From contig JBAZSE010000001.1 of NCBI GenBank assembly GCA_041662565.1, positions 257,084 through 321,083 of the forward strand: 64,000 nt of DNA. Reading direction: 5' to 3'. The translations under genes were made by a program, and so were the position numbers. The stretch is from Patescibacteria group bacterium. GTDB lineage: Bacteria; Patescibacteriota; Patescibacteriia; UBA1558; UBA10009. The notes under the pieces were generated by a model. It was not told the origin of the DNA. It did not search any database and was given only the letters and a program-made list of their open reading frames with translations. Positions 1 to 8,595 of the stretch are shown piece by piece. How positions within the stretch are numbered: position 1 is the stretch's first letter; each line of letters starts with the position of its first letter.

Positions 1-378
1 CGTAGCGGCGGTAAAGCCGGCCTTAATTTAATGGGCATAAAAAGTTATTTGCAAAGAATTCCTAAAAATAAGGGTTTTAACAGCTTGGCTATTAGAAAAG
101 AAACCGTTAATTTGGGCGAATTGGATTTGGCTTTTAAAACAGGCGAATTGGTGGATATCAAGGCCTTGGCTCACAAAGGTTTAATCAGAAGTACTAAATC
201 CGGCCTTAAAGTTTTAGCCGGCGGCAAGCTTACCAAACCATTAATTATTCAGGCCAACGCCTTTTCAGAATCAGCTAAAGAAGCTATTATTAAAGCAGGC
301 GGCAAGGCCGAAGAAATTAAAAAGGAAAAGGTTAAGAATCAAAAGTACGCCCTTAGCCGAGTTAAAAAGTCCAAATAA
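1..378 (+). CDS. rplO: 50S ribosomal protein L15, C-terminal part (5-prime end outside window)
   Basis: The ORF frame is open to position 1. It is Lys/Gly rich and lies immediately upstream of secY, as in the spc operon. Confidence 0.75.
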   Translation, partial: RSGGKAGLNLMGIKSYLQRIPKNKGFNSLAIRKETVNLGELDLAFKTGELVDIKALAHKGLIRSTKSGLKVLAGGKLTKPLIIQANAFSESAKEAIIKAGGKAEEIKKEKVKNQKYALSRVKKSK

Positions 379-423
379 ACTTTAAACTCTTTTCTTTAAC
401 CGTTCTCTCGAGCATCATCTAAT

Positions 424-1695
424 ATGTTGGAAAAATTATTACAAATTTGGAAAGCGAAAGATTTGCGTAATAATATTCTTTTTGTTTTGTTGTTGTTGGT
501 TGTTTTTAGAATCGCCGCCCATGTGCCGATTCCCGGCATCGGCGTCAGCAGCTTAAGGGATTTTTTCAACCAAAACCAAATTTTGGGCTTATTGAATATT
601 TTTTCAGGCGGTGGCTTGGAAAATTTTTCCATTGTTATGCTTGGCGTTGGTCCTTACATTACCGCTTCCATTATCATCCAATTGTTGACTATGATTGTGC
701 CTTCATTGGAAGCTATGTCCAAAGAAACAGCCGGTCAGCATAAAATCAACCAATATACTCGTTTGTTAACCGTGCCTTTGGCCGCTTTACAGGGTTACAG
801 CTTTATTACCTTGCTGACCCGCCAGGGCGGCGGTATTATTAGTCCTTTAAACGGCGCTCAATGGTTTTCGGCAATTATTACCATTATTGCCGGCACGCTC
901 TTTTTAATGTGGATAGGTGAACTTATTTCGGAAAAGAAAATCGGCAACGGTATTTCTTTGTTGATTTTTGCCGGTATCGTGGCTGGTTTGCCTAGTGCCG
1001 TTCAACGGACTTTGGCGGTATTTGATTCTTCGCAATTGCTTAATATGATTATCTTTATTGCCATTGCCATTGTGACCATTGCCGTGATTGTAATTATCAC
1101 CGAGGGCCAGCGCAATGTGCCGGTTAATTACGCCAAAAGAATCAGGGGCAATCGTATGTACGGCGGAGTTTCTACCCACTTGCCTTTGCGGGTTAATATG
1201 GCCGGCGTTATTCCGATCATCTTTGCCATTTCCATTATTTTATTCCCTGCAATGATCGGACAGTTTTTTGTTAATGCCGCTACTCCTTGGATTGCTTCAA
1301 GCGCCAAATTCGTCATTAATCTGTTCCAGAATCAAATTTTTTACGGCGCCTCATATTTTATTTTGGTTTTTGCCTTTACTTATTTTTATACCTATATTAT
1401 TTTCCACCCCAATCAAATTGCCGAAAATTTGCAAAAGCAAGGCGGGTTTATTCCGGGCATCAGGCCGGGTGCTCATACCATCAGCTATTTGCAGGCCACG
1501 GTTAATAAAATTTTGCTGGCCGGCGCTTTGTTTTTAGCCGTTATTGCCATTTTGCCTATTTTAATCCAACCCTTAACCGGCGGCACTAGTTTGGTTATCG
1601 GTGGCACCAGTTTGCTGATTGTTGTTTCGGTAGTAATCGAAACCGCCAAACAGGTGGATTCGCAGTTAACTATGAGGGATTACGAAGGTTTGTAA
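424..1695 (+). CDS. secY: preprotein translocase subunit SecY
   Basis: 423-aa polytopic membrane protein with the typical SecY length and TM pattern, positioned between L15 and adk. Confidence 0.93.
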   Translation: MLEKLLQIWKAKDLRNNILFVLLLLVVFRIAAHVPIPGIGVSSLRDFFNQNQILGLLNIFSGGGLENFSIVMLGVGPYITASIIIQLLTMIVPSLEAMSKETAGQHKINQYTRLLTVPLAALQGYSFITLLTRQGGGIISPLNGAQWFSAIITIIAGTLFLMWIGELISEKKIGNGISLLIFAGIVAGLPSAVQRTLAVFDSSQLLNMIIFIAIAIVTIAVIVIITEGQRNVPVNYAKRIRGNRMYGGVSTHLPLRVNMAGVIPIIFAISIILFPAMIGQFFVNAATPWIASSAKFVINLFQNQIFYGASYFILVFAFTYFYTYIIFHPNQIAENLQKQGGFIPGIRPGAHTISYLQATVNKILLAGALFLAVIAILPILIQPLTGGTSLVIGGTSLLIVVSVVIETAKQVDSQLTMRDYEGL

Positions 1696-1849
1696 TAGTT
1701 TTTTAAATTGATACATTTAACCGCTCGTCTAAATTAGACGGGCGGTTTTTGGTTAAATTTATTATTTTGATTTGAAATAAAAAAGGCCAGCCTAGCTAAA
1801 AGATCAAATATGATTGATCTGGTAGCTAAGCTGGCAGGGTCATCTCTGG

Positions 1850-2458
1850 TTACATGCACATGATGGAGTGTATGCTTGTCAGAGGCACGCCTAATTGTTG
1901 CGCGCGCGGATCATCTTTGTCCAACCGGACTCGGCGACATGATTCATCAATGAAGTTGAAATCAACAACATCGAATTCGCCTGGTCCTTTGCGGATTTTG
2001 GAATGAACCAAGCCGATGGCAGTCAGGCCAGCTGTTTCTTGTGCATGGAAAGCGTGGATTACTTGGGCGCTCACCAGCAAGCTTTGGCCGGCAACTGCTG
2101 GATGATCGATCAGCTCGAATTCTTCTTGGCCATGCTGGAAGTTGGTCATCAAGGTGCCGCCGTTGGGGTTTTTGAACCCGTGTTCTTCTCCCAAGAAGAG
2201 AAAAGTCGTGGCGCCTTTCATATGCAAGTGACAGTCGGTCATAGTGTCCGCTTGCATCAGAATCAGTTCGCACTGGTCGGGTTTGTAGCCCGCGGCAATG
2301 AGCAGAGGATCTGCATCTTTGAACCAGCCGATGCGGAATCCCAGAAGCTCTTGCTGATCGGTCAGCACGGAAAAGGGTTTGTCCGCAGCTTTGCGAACCA
2401 GCTCGGCCGCTGCTTGTAAAACACGCAGCCGTCTTTTTTTCTCGGTCGTTATATCCAT
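1850..2458 (-). CDS. cupin-fold protein (possible metal-dependent dioxygenase-like), compositionally foreign
   Basis: 202 aa with an H-x-H...E cupin-like motif (CHLHMKGATTFLFLGEEHGF). Local GC is about 55% against about 37% in the flanks. Confidence 0.4.
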   Translation of the reverse strand: MDITTEKKRRLRVLQAAAELVRKAADKPFSVLTDQQELLGFRIGWFKDADPLLIAAGYKPDQCELILMQADTMTDCHLHMKGATTFLFLGEEHGFKNPNGGTLMTNFQHGQEEFELIDHPAVAGQSLLVSAQVIHAFHAQETAGLTAIGLVHSKIRKGPGEFDVVDFNFIDESCRRVRLDKDDPRAQQLGVPLTSIHSIMCM

Positions 2459-2495
2459 TGTTTCGTTCCTTGTGGTGGTTTGGTTGTTGGTTTGG

Positions 2496-2822
2496 CTAGT
2501 CAGTTATAAAACTCCAGCCGGTTGGTATTGGTGTATGTTCAGTAGAAGTTTGAGTCAGTGATGGAATCAGTTGAGCTTCAGAAGCATTGGCTGGTTGAAC
2601 GTTTGAATCAGTTGTTGAAGTTAGTTTTTGGTTTTGCCAGCCAGCGCCATCTTCGGTTATTGGGTTGATGATTGACATCGATGTCCTGCGGTTTAAATTG
2701 TAGGGTACAAAAAACTTCCTCAAATGGAAGTCTTCTTGAGAGATATTATTGTTTGGTAAGTTTATTTCATAACATACCCAAAGAAGGCTTTCATCTGAAA
2801 TGAGACAAAATGTTGGCGCCAA
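2496..2822 (-). CDS. hypothetical protein (Thr/Ser/Gln-rich C-terminus)
   Basis: 108-aa ORF between the TrpR-like and cupin genes on the same strand. No recognisable domain. Confidence 0.25.
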   Translation of the reverse strand: MAPTFCLISDESLLWVCYEINLPNNNISQEDFHLRKFFVPYNLNRRTSMSIINPITEDGAGWQNQKLTSTTDSNVQPANASEAQLIPSLTQTSTEHTPIPTGWSFITD

Positions 2823-2844
2823 TTTTGGTTAAGGTAAATTTGTT

Positions 2845-3123
2845 TCATGGTTTAAGTTTTAAAATTTGATTAAATCCGCCTTGGGGATTTTTTAACATGC
2901 GTGCGCCTCGGGTAATGGTGGCAATGGCTATTTTTAGTTTTTTTGCCACAACTCGCTGTGGCAAACCCTGATGCAATAATTTAACTATACTCAGCCGTCT
3001 TTTAATTTCCGCTAGTTCAGCCGGAGTCAATAAATCCTTTAAAAATATGGCCATAAACTTAGGATCTTTGATTTTGGCCAAAACTTTATTTATTTCCCAA
3101 TCCGTTAAAGTATCTTTTTTCAT
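2845..3123 (-). CDS. TrpR/YerC-YecD family DNA-binding protein
   Basis: 92 aa with the LLTPAELAEIKRRLSIVKLL...IATITRGARML pattern typical of the TrpR-like YerC/YecD family. Confidence 0.7.
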   Translation of the reverse strand: MKKDTLTDWEINKVLAKIKDPKFMAIFLKDLLTPAELAEIKRRLSIVKLLHQGLPQRVVAKKLKIAIATITRGARMLKNPQGGFNQILKLKP

Positions 3124-3131
3124 AATATATA

Positions 3132-3145
3132 TTGTACTAGTACAA
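3132..3145. promoter_or_regulatory. perfect palindrome TTGTACTAGTACAA (trp-operator-like GTACT/AGTAC half sites) at the 5-prime end of the TrpR-like gene
   Basis: 14-bp perfect inverted repeat 9 bp upstream of the minus-strand start codon. A further GTAC half-site lies at 3147-3153. Confidence 0.45.
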
Positions 3146-3297
3146 TAGTACAGTATTGCATAAGTAATGTCAAATAGGGGGCTGTGGATAAGTGTTGAGC
3201 TAAAACAGTGGCAACTTTTAGGAAACGGTAATTGTAGTTAAGATTCTATTATTGAATTTTTAGATATTTTTTGGCTAATATTAGCTAAATTATCTGG

Positions 3298-3326
3298 TTG
3301 AAATATTTAACGACAAATGTTATAAT
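3298..3326 (+). promoter_or_regulatory. sigma70-like promoter (TTGAAA-17-TATAAT) upstream of adk
   Basis: Near-consensus hexamers with 17-bp spacing, 28 bp before the adk start. Confidence 0.5.
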
Positions 3327-3353
3327 GTTGATATTGAATAATCAAGTTTATTT

Positions 3354-3986
3354 ATGAATATTATTATTTTTGGGCCCCAAGGGTCTGGTAAGGGTACGCA
3401 AGCCAACGCCTTATCAACCAAGTTAAACATTCCCCAAATTACTATGGGTGATTTATTGCGCGCCGAAGTTGCCAGTAATTCGGCTTTAGGCGAGCAATTA
3501 AAAGCCATTATGAATCAGGGCAGTTTAGTGCCCAATGAAGTTACGGCCACTTTGTTGGAACACCGGTTAAAAAAAGATGATTGCCAAAATGGTTTTATTT
3601 TGGACGGCTATCCTCGCAATCTTGTTCAGGCCCAAACTTTGGATGCTTTAGTTCACCTGGATACGGCAATGGAAATTTGGATTAGTGATGAGGAAGCTTT
3701 AAGTAGGATCGGCGGGCGCAGAAGCTGCCCCAAGTGCGGTACAATTTTTCATTTAATTACCAATCCGTCAAAAACGGATAATGTTTGCGATAAGTGCGGC
3801 ACCGCCTTGATTATCAGGGAAGATGATAAAGAAGAAGTTATTAAAAAGCGTTTAGCGGTTTATCATGAACAAACCGAACCCTTGGTTGCTTATTATCAAA
3901 CCAAAGGAATTTATTTAAAAATCGATGGCCGGCCTTCTATTGCCGAAGTTAATAAAGAAGTTTTTGCCAAATTAAACATTGCTTAA
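3354..3986 (+). CDS. adk: adenylate kinase (with Cys4 zinc lid)
   Basis: P-loop GPQGSGKGTQ, plus lid CPKCG...CDKCG. Confidence 0.95.
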   Translation: MNIIIFGPQGSGKGTQANALSTKLNIPQITMGDLLRAEVASNSALGEQLKAIMNQGSLVPNEVTATLLEHRLKKDDCQNGFILDGYPRNLVQAQTLDALVHLDTAMEIWISDEEALSRIGGRRSCPKCGTIFHLITNPSKTDNVCDKCGTALIIREDDKEEVIKKRLAVYHEQTEPLVAYYQTKGIYLKIDGRPSIAEVNKEVFAKLNIA

Positions 3987-3991
3987 TTTTT

Positions 3992-4747
3992 ATGACTAAC
4001 TATACCATCAAAACTCCCGAGGAGATTAAAAAATTGCAAGCCGGAGGAAAAATCTTGGCAAAAATAGTTAAGGCCTTGGGTAAGGCAGCCAAGCCAGGTA
4101 TGACTACTTTAGAGTTGGATACTTTGGCTAGAAAATTAATGGCTGATTATAAAGTTCAGCCGTCATTTTTGGAATTCGGTGATCCGCCGTATCCGGCCGT
4201 GTTATGCACATCAATTAACGAAGGTATTGTCCATTGTATTCCCAACGAAACCGTTTTAAAAGAAGGTGATATTATTGGGATTGATTGCGGGATTTGGCAT
4301 GAAAATTTATGCACCGATATGGCTATAACCGTGGGTATTGGTAAAGTTAGCGCTGAAGCCAAAAAATTAATGGAAGTAACGGAAAAATCCTTGAATTTGG
4401 CGATTAAGCAGATCAAGCCGGGCAACACTTTGGGCGATATTGGTTATGCTGTGCAAAGCTATGCCGAAAGTTTTGGCTACGGCGTAGTTAGGCAATTGGT
4501 TGGTCATGGTGTTGGCTACGAAGTCCATGAAGAGCCCAGAATTCCTAATTACGGTATTAAGGGTAAGGGTTTGGTGTTAGAGCCCGGCATGGTTATTGCC
4601 GTTGAGCCGATGATTACGGCGGGCAGTTATGATATTGAAGTCAGCTTTAACGGCTGGGATATTGTTACCAAAGATAAATCATTAGCCGCTCATTTTGAAC
4701 ATACCATTGTAGTTACTAAAAAAGGTTGTGAAGTTTTAACCAAGTAA
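3992..4747 (+). CDS. map: methionine aminopeptidase type I
   Basis: 251 aa with the conserved metal ligands D, D, H, E, E in the pita-bread fold pattern (GHGVGYEVHEEP). Confidence 0.95.
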   Translation: MTNYTIKTPEEIKKLQAGGKILAKIVKALGKAAKPGMTTLELDTLARKLMADYKVQPSFLEFGDPPYPAVLCTSINEGIVHCIPNETVLKEGDIIGIDCGIWHENLCTDMAITVGIGKVSAEAKKLMEVTEKSLNLAIKQIKPGNTLGDIGYAVQSYAESFGYGVVRQLVGHGVGYEVHEEPRIPNYGIKGKGLVLEPGMVIAVEPMITAGSYDIEVSFNGWDIVTKDKSLAAHFEHTIVVTKKGCEVLTK

Positions 4748-4757
4748 TTTATTTATC

Positions 4758-5141
4758 ATGAAATTAGTCGGAATTGATTACGGCTCCAGCAAGGTTGGTT
4801 TGGCTTTAGGAGAAAGCGATATTAAAATGGCTTTGCCTCATAAAGTTGTTGCTCCACAAGAACTGTTTCTGGAAATAGAGCGCTTGGTGGAGCGCGAGGG
4901 GTTGGATTTGGCGGTGATGGGTTTGCCAATGGGCATGAACGGCTTAGAAACCGAACAGACCCAAACGGTTAAAAAATTTGCCGCCGAGTTGGCGGAAAAA
5001 ATTACCATACCTTTGGTTTTTGAAGACGAACGTTTATCCACCGCGCAAGCAAAACGAGACGGCCATGATGATGCCGTGGCCGCCATGTATATTTTACAAT
5101 CTTATTTAGACCGGACTTATGGCTCTAACAGTGCTAAATAA
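4758..5141 (+). CDS. ruvX: Holliday junction resolvase-like protein YqgF/RuvX
   Basis: 127 aa starting MKLVGIDYGSSKVGLALG, the RNase H-like YqgF signature. Confidence 0.85.
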   Translation: MKLVGIDYGSSKVGLALGESDIKMALPHKVVAPQELFLEIERLVEREGLDLAVMGLPMGMNGLETEQTQTVKKFAAELAEKITIPLVFEDERLSTAQAKRDGHDDAVAAMYILQSYLDRTYGSNSAK

Positions 5142-6171
5142 TTATCTTTTGCCTTTTGCTTCGGCTTTTATTATTTCGGTTATCTTAACTTATTTAATCA
5201 AAGGGCTGGCTTTAAAGTTGGATATAGTTGATCGGCCGAGCGAACCCCGGAAAATTCATCACGTGCCTATCCCTAAATTGGGCGGGTTGGCAATTTATTT
5301 AACGGTTTTACTTTTAACCGTTATTTTTTATCAATCGGGCATGTTGCTTGACGGCAAAATCCAAGTTGCTTATTTGGTCGGTTTTTTAATCGGTGGGGCG
5401 ATTTTGATGTTAGGTGGCTGGTTGGATGATAAATACGATCTAAAGCCCGGCCAACAGTTTGTTTTTCCGGTGTTGGCCGCGCTTGTTGTTTTATTAAGCG
5501 GAATTTCGGTTAGCTATGTTACCAGCCCCTTGGGGGGCATTATTAATTTAACAAATACCTGGTGGCCGCCGATTTTGGTTTTTGTTTGGCTGGTGGGTAT
5601 GATGTATACTACTAAGTTTTTGGATGGTTTGGATGGTTTGGTTGGTGGAATTTCGGGCATCGGCTATATTATTCTTTTTTTGGTGAGTTTGTTTTGGGAT
5701 GTGCCCTTAAGCGGAACCTCGATACTTTGTTTGATTTTAGCAGGCTCGGCTTTGGGATTTTTGGTTTGGAATTTTTATCCGGCTAAGATTTTTTTGGGCG
5801 AAGGCGGTAGTTTGTTTTTAGGTTTTTCATTGGCCGTGCTGGCCATTATCAGCGGGGCCAAAATCGCCACAGCTTTGTTAATTATGGGTATTCCAATTTT
5901 GGATGTGGCTTGGGTAATTGCCAGACGCATTTTTAAAGAAAAAAAATCCGCCTTTTTGGGCGATAGCAAGCATTTGCATTTTAGATTGTTGGATGCCGGT
6001 TTAACCCAATCCCAAGCGGTTTTATTTTTATATCTGTTAACCTTGCTGTTTGGCTTAAGTTCTTTGTTCCAACAAACAATCGGCAAAATAATAACTTTGA
6101 TAATTTTGGGAGTGGTTATGCTGTTGTTGGCTTGGTGGCTGGTAAGCAGATATAAAAAAAGAATCGGTTAA
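5119..6171 (+). CDS. glycosyltransferase family 4, MraY/WecA-like polyprenyl-phosphate sugar-1-phosphate transferase
   Basis: 10-11 TM segments with DDxxDL and GxGGSLxLG motifs (DDKYDLKPG; FLGEGGSLFLGF). Confidence 0.7.
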   Translation: MALTVLNNYLLPFASAFIISVILTYLIKGLALKLDIVDRPSEPRKIHHVPIPKLGGLAIYLTVLLLTVIFYQSGMLLDGKIQVAYLVGFLIGGAILMLGGWLDDKYDLKPGQQFVFPVLAALVVLLSGISVSYVTSPLGGIINLTNTWWPPILVFVWLVGMMYTTKFLDGLDGLVGGISGIGYIILFLVSLFWDVPLSGTSILCLILAGSALGFLVWNFYPAKIFLGEGGSLFLGFSLAVLAIISGAKIATALLIMGIPILDVAWVIARRIFKEKKSAFLGDSKHLHFRLLDAGLTQSQAVLFLYLLTLLFGLSSLFQQTIGKIITLIILGVVMLLLAWWLVSRYKKRIG

Positions 6172-6173
6172 AT

Positions 6174-6602
6174 ATGCGCAAGCTGTTAATTATTTTGGTT
6201 TTATTTTTTTTGCTTAGCGGTTGCCAATTTAAGGCCATTGAAGATCGGGTAATTAGCGTTAATGGCCAAGAGTTGAATGTGGAAGTTGTTAAGTCATCGG
6301 CAAAAATGTCCAAAGGCTTATCGGGCCGAACCGGCTTATGCCAAAATTGTGGAATGCTTTTTGAATATCAGGGTGATCAAATCAGAAATTTTTGGATGAA
6401 AGATATGGAGTTTCCGCTGGATATTTTATGGATCAAAGACGATCTTGTGGTTGGCTTGCAAGAAAATATCCCAATTTTTGATTTAGCTGGGCAAATTAGC
6501 CAGATGCAATCACCTCAACCGGTTAATCGGATTTTAGAGGTAAATAGCGGCTGGATTAGTAAAAATAAGCCCAAAATAGGGGATAAAGTGCTGGGTTTAT
6601 AG
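6174..6602 (+). CDS. DUF192-family lipoprotein
   Basis: Lipobox LLSGC, followed by the DUF192-like core (GLSGR...FWMKDMEFPLDILWI). Confidence 0.55.
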   Translation: MRKLLIILVLFFLLSGCQFKAIEDRVISVNGQELNVEVVKSSAKMSKGLSGRTGLCQNCGMLFEYQGDQIRNFWMKDMEFPLDILWIKDDLVVGLQENIPIFDLAGQISQMQSPQPVNRILEVNSGWISKNKPKIGDKVLGL

Positions 6603-6674
6603 AGTTCGGCTTGACTATTTTGGCTGTTCTGTTATAATACGCTCAATTAATATTCAGAAATTAAATGTAACCAT

Positions 6675-6983
6675 ATGAAATTAGCAGTGATAAAAACCGG
6701 CGGCAAGCAATACAAGGTTGCTGAAGGCGATAAATTAAAGATTGAAAAATTGGTTTTAGAAACAGGTGCCAATGTTAATTTTGAAGAAGTTTTATTGGTG
6801 GCTGATGGCGAAAAGGTTTCGGTCGGCACTCCAAATTTAGGTGTCAAAGTTTCTGGCAAAGTTTTAGCTCAAGGCAAGGGTGCCAAAATAATGGTAGAAA
6901 AATATAAGCCAAAAGTCCGTTACCATAAAGTTTACGGACATCGCCAGCCCTTTACCGAAGTTTTGATTGAAAAGATTGGATAA
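6675..6983 (+). CDS. rplU: 50S ribosomal protein L21
   Basis: MKLAVIKTGGKQYKV start, the typical L21 N-terminus. Confidence 0.9.
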   Translation: MKLAVIKTGGKQYKVAEGDKLKIEKLVLETGANVNFEEVLLVADGEKVSVGTPNLGVKVSGKVLAQGKGAKIMVEKYKPKVRYHKVYGHRQPFTEVLIEKIG

Positions 6984-7004
6984 CACGGATTACACAGATT
7001 TTTA

Positions 7005-7049
7005 AAAAAGATTACACGGATAATTATTCAGTGTAATCTTTTTAAATTA
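7005..7049 (+). terminator. rho-independent terminator after rplU, built from GATTACAC/GTGTAATC repeats
   Basis: 11-bp perfect stem aaagattacac/gtgtaatcttt with a 13-nt loop, followed by TTTTT. Two further copies of the 8-mer lie at 6988-6998 and 7050-7060. Confidence 0.5.
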
Positions 7050-7140
7050 GTGTAATCTTTGTTGGGTTGACTTATTTTATTAATTGATGTAGGGTTTAAA
7101 TAATCTGAACTTAACATCACATTTTTTTGAGGAAGGAAAC

Positions 7141-7506
7141 ATGGCTTCTTTAAATCCTAAGTACTGGACAGACATTCCAATGGTCTATACTTTCACTAAA
7201 CCTTTAAGGGGTGCAAGTAAAGACAAAAAATTGTCAACACGCGCACTTTCAATATCCGTGCCAGAAAGCGTAGAGGTTGGGAAGATTCAACTCATCGGAC
7301 CTGATGTCCCATCTGGATTTCATCCGGTACCTTTCCCGAAACAGGCTAAGGCCATGGTGGCCAGAGTTCTATCACCTGATGGCAAGGAAACCAGGGGTTA
7401 TATCACTATGATCGATGATCGTCGTGGTAGTTTTACTCCGGCAACTATGACCGATAGGCAAATCTTCAAATGGAGCAAGGAAGTTATCAGTTGCGGCTGT
7501 TGCTAA
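7141..7506 (+). CDS. hypothetical protein ending in SCGCC, atypical codon usage
   Basis: Strong SD (GAGGAAGGAAAC-ATG) and a downstream terminator. Codon usage differs from neighbouring genes. The C-terminus is ...EVISCGCC. Confidence 0.4.
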   Translation: MASLNPKYWTDIPMVYTFTKPLRGASKDKKLSTRALSISVPESVEVGKIQLIGPDVPSGFHPVPFPKQAKAMVARVLSPDGKETRGYITMIDDRRGSFTPATMTDRQIFKWSKEVISCGCC

Positions 7507-7513
7507 ACGCAAC

Positions 7514-7551
7514 AATCCCGTCGAACCCTGACAGGTTAAACGGGATTTTTT
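7514..7551. terminator. bidirectional hairpin terminator (aatcccgt...acgggatt plus T-run)
   Basis: Inverted repeat with T tract, lying between the convergent ORF 7141-7506 and recR. Confidence 0.5.
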
Positions 7552-7563
7552 TATGGAAGAGTT

Positions 7564-8157
7564 TTAGACTTCCCGACGGTTTTTTAACGCGCTACCCAGT
7601 GTAATTTCATCGGCGTATTCAATATCCGAGCCCGAGGGCAGGCCTTTAGCTAGTCGGGTAATTTTTAAGTTTAAGCTTTGTAAAAGCTTTTGTAGATATA
7701 GAGAAGTGGATTCACCTTCCAAATCGGGGTTTAGGCCCAAAATAATTTCTTTAATTTTGCCACTTTGGGTTCTTGATAAAAGCTGTCTGATATTTAAACT
7801 CTCCGGCCCTATGCCTTCCAATGGGTTTAAAATCCCGCCCAACACATGGTAAACGCCTTGGTATTCACCGGTTCGTTCAATGGCTTGCAAATCATGGCTT
7901 TCGGCTACCACGCAAACAATGTCTTGGTCGCGCTCCGGATTGGAGCATAAGCGGCAGGGATTGGTTTGAGCCAGATCCAGGCAAATAGAACAGGTGATAA
8001 TATCGGCTTTGGCGTGAGTAATGCTGTTGGCAAAAGTTTCCAAATCCGCTTGGGGTTTTTTTAATAAAAAGAAAGCCAGCCGGGAAGCGGTTTTTGGCCC
8101 AATGCCCGGCAGTTTGCCAAGTTGATCAATCAATTTTTGAATAGAAGTAGGTAACAT
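7564..8157 (-). CDS. recR: recombination protein RecR
   Basis: HhH N-terminus GIGPKTASRLAFFLL, C4 zinc finger CSICLD...CRLC, and a Toprim-like region. Confidence 0.9.
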   Translation of the reverse strand: MLPTSIQKLIDQLGKLPGIGPKTASRLAFFLLKKPQADLETFANSITHAKADIITCSICLDLAQTNPCRLCSNPERDQDIVCVVAESHDLQAIERTGEYQGVYHVLGGILNPLEGIGPESLNIRQLLSRTQSGKIKEIILGLNPDLEGESTSLYLQKLLQSLNLKITRLAKGLPSGSDIEYADEITLGSALKNRREV

Positions 8158-8164
8158 GCTGTTT

Positions 8165-8255
8165 TGTCATTTCGACTGTAGCGGAGCGGAACGGAGAAAT
8201 CCCTCTTAATCAAAGGCAGAGATTTCTCCACTCACTTCGTTCGGTCGAAATGACA
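8165..8255. repeat. ~90-bp imperfect inverted repeat in the ybaB-recR intergenic region
   Basis: tgtcatttcgac...ggagaaatc pairs with gatttctcc...gtcgaaatgaca (12 + 9 bp arms around an internal loop). Confidence 0.4.
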
Positions 8256-8266
8256 GGATAGTGTAT

Positions 8267-8590
8267 TTAATTTAGTCCCGGAATTTTAAAACTGCCATCG
8301 GCACGCATTTTTTCCACCATGATTTTTTGGATTTTTTGGATGGCTTCGTTATGCAAATCTTTCAATGTTTCTTCCAGCCGGGTTTTTTTGTCCGGCGAAA
8401 GCAGTTCGGGATTAATGTTAACTTTAATCAATTTTTGGTTGCCGTCCATGGTTAAAAACACTCCATGCTTATCAACGGTAACGGATTCTTCGGCCAGCTG
8501 ATTTTGTAATTTTTTGCCTTGTTGCCTTAAATCCTTAATTTGATTGAGTTTGGAAAATAATGACATATGTTTTTGGTTATTTAATTTCAA
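8267..8590 (-). CDS. ybaB: nucleoid-associated protein YbaB/EbfC
   Basis: 107 aa with the YbaB pattern, in conserved synteny with recR. Confidence 0.85.
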   Translation of the reverse strand: MKLNNQKHMSLFSKLNQIKDLRQQGKKLQNQLAEESVTVDKHGVFLTMDGNQKLIKVNINPELLSPDKKTRLEETLKDLHNEAIQKIQKIMVEKMRADGSFKIPGLN

Positions 8591-8595
8591 ATGTT

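Noticed and set aside
904-1316. Minus-strand ORFs (904-1179, 1128-1316) and the plus-strand ORF 1268-1537 inside secY
   Set aside because: Fully embedded in the well-supported secY frame. Typical antisense/alternate-frame artefacts.
1962-2419. ORFs 1962-2273 (-) and 2003-2419 (+) overlapping the cupin gene
   Set aside because: High GC locally inflates spurious ORFs in other frames. The 202-aa frame has the cupin motifs.
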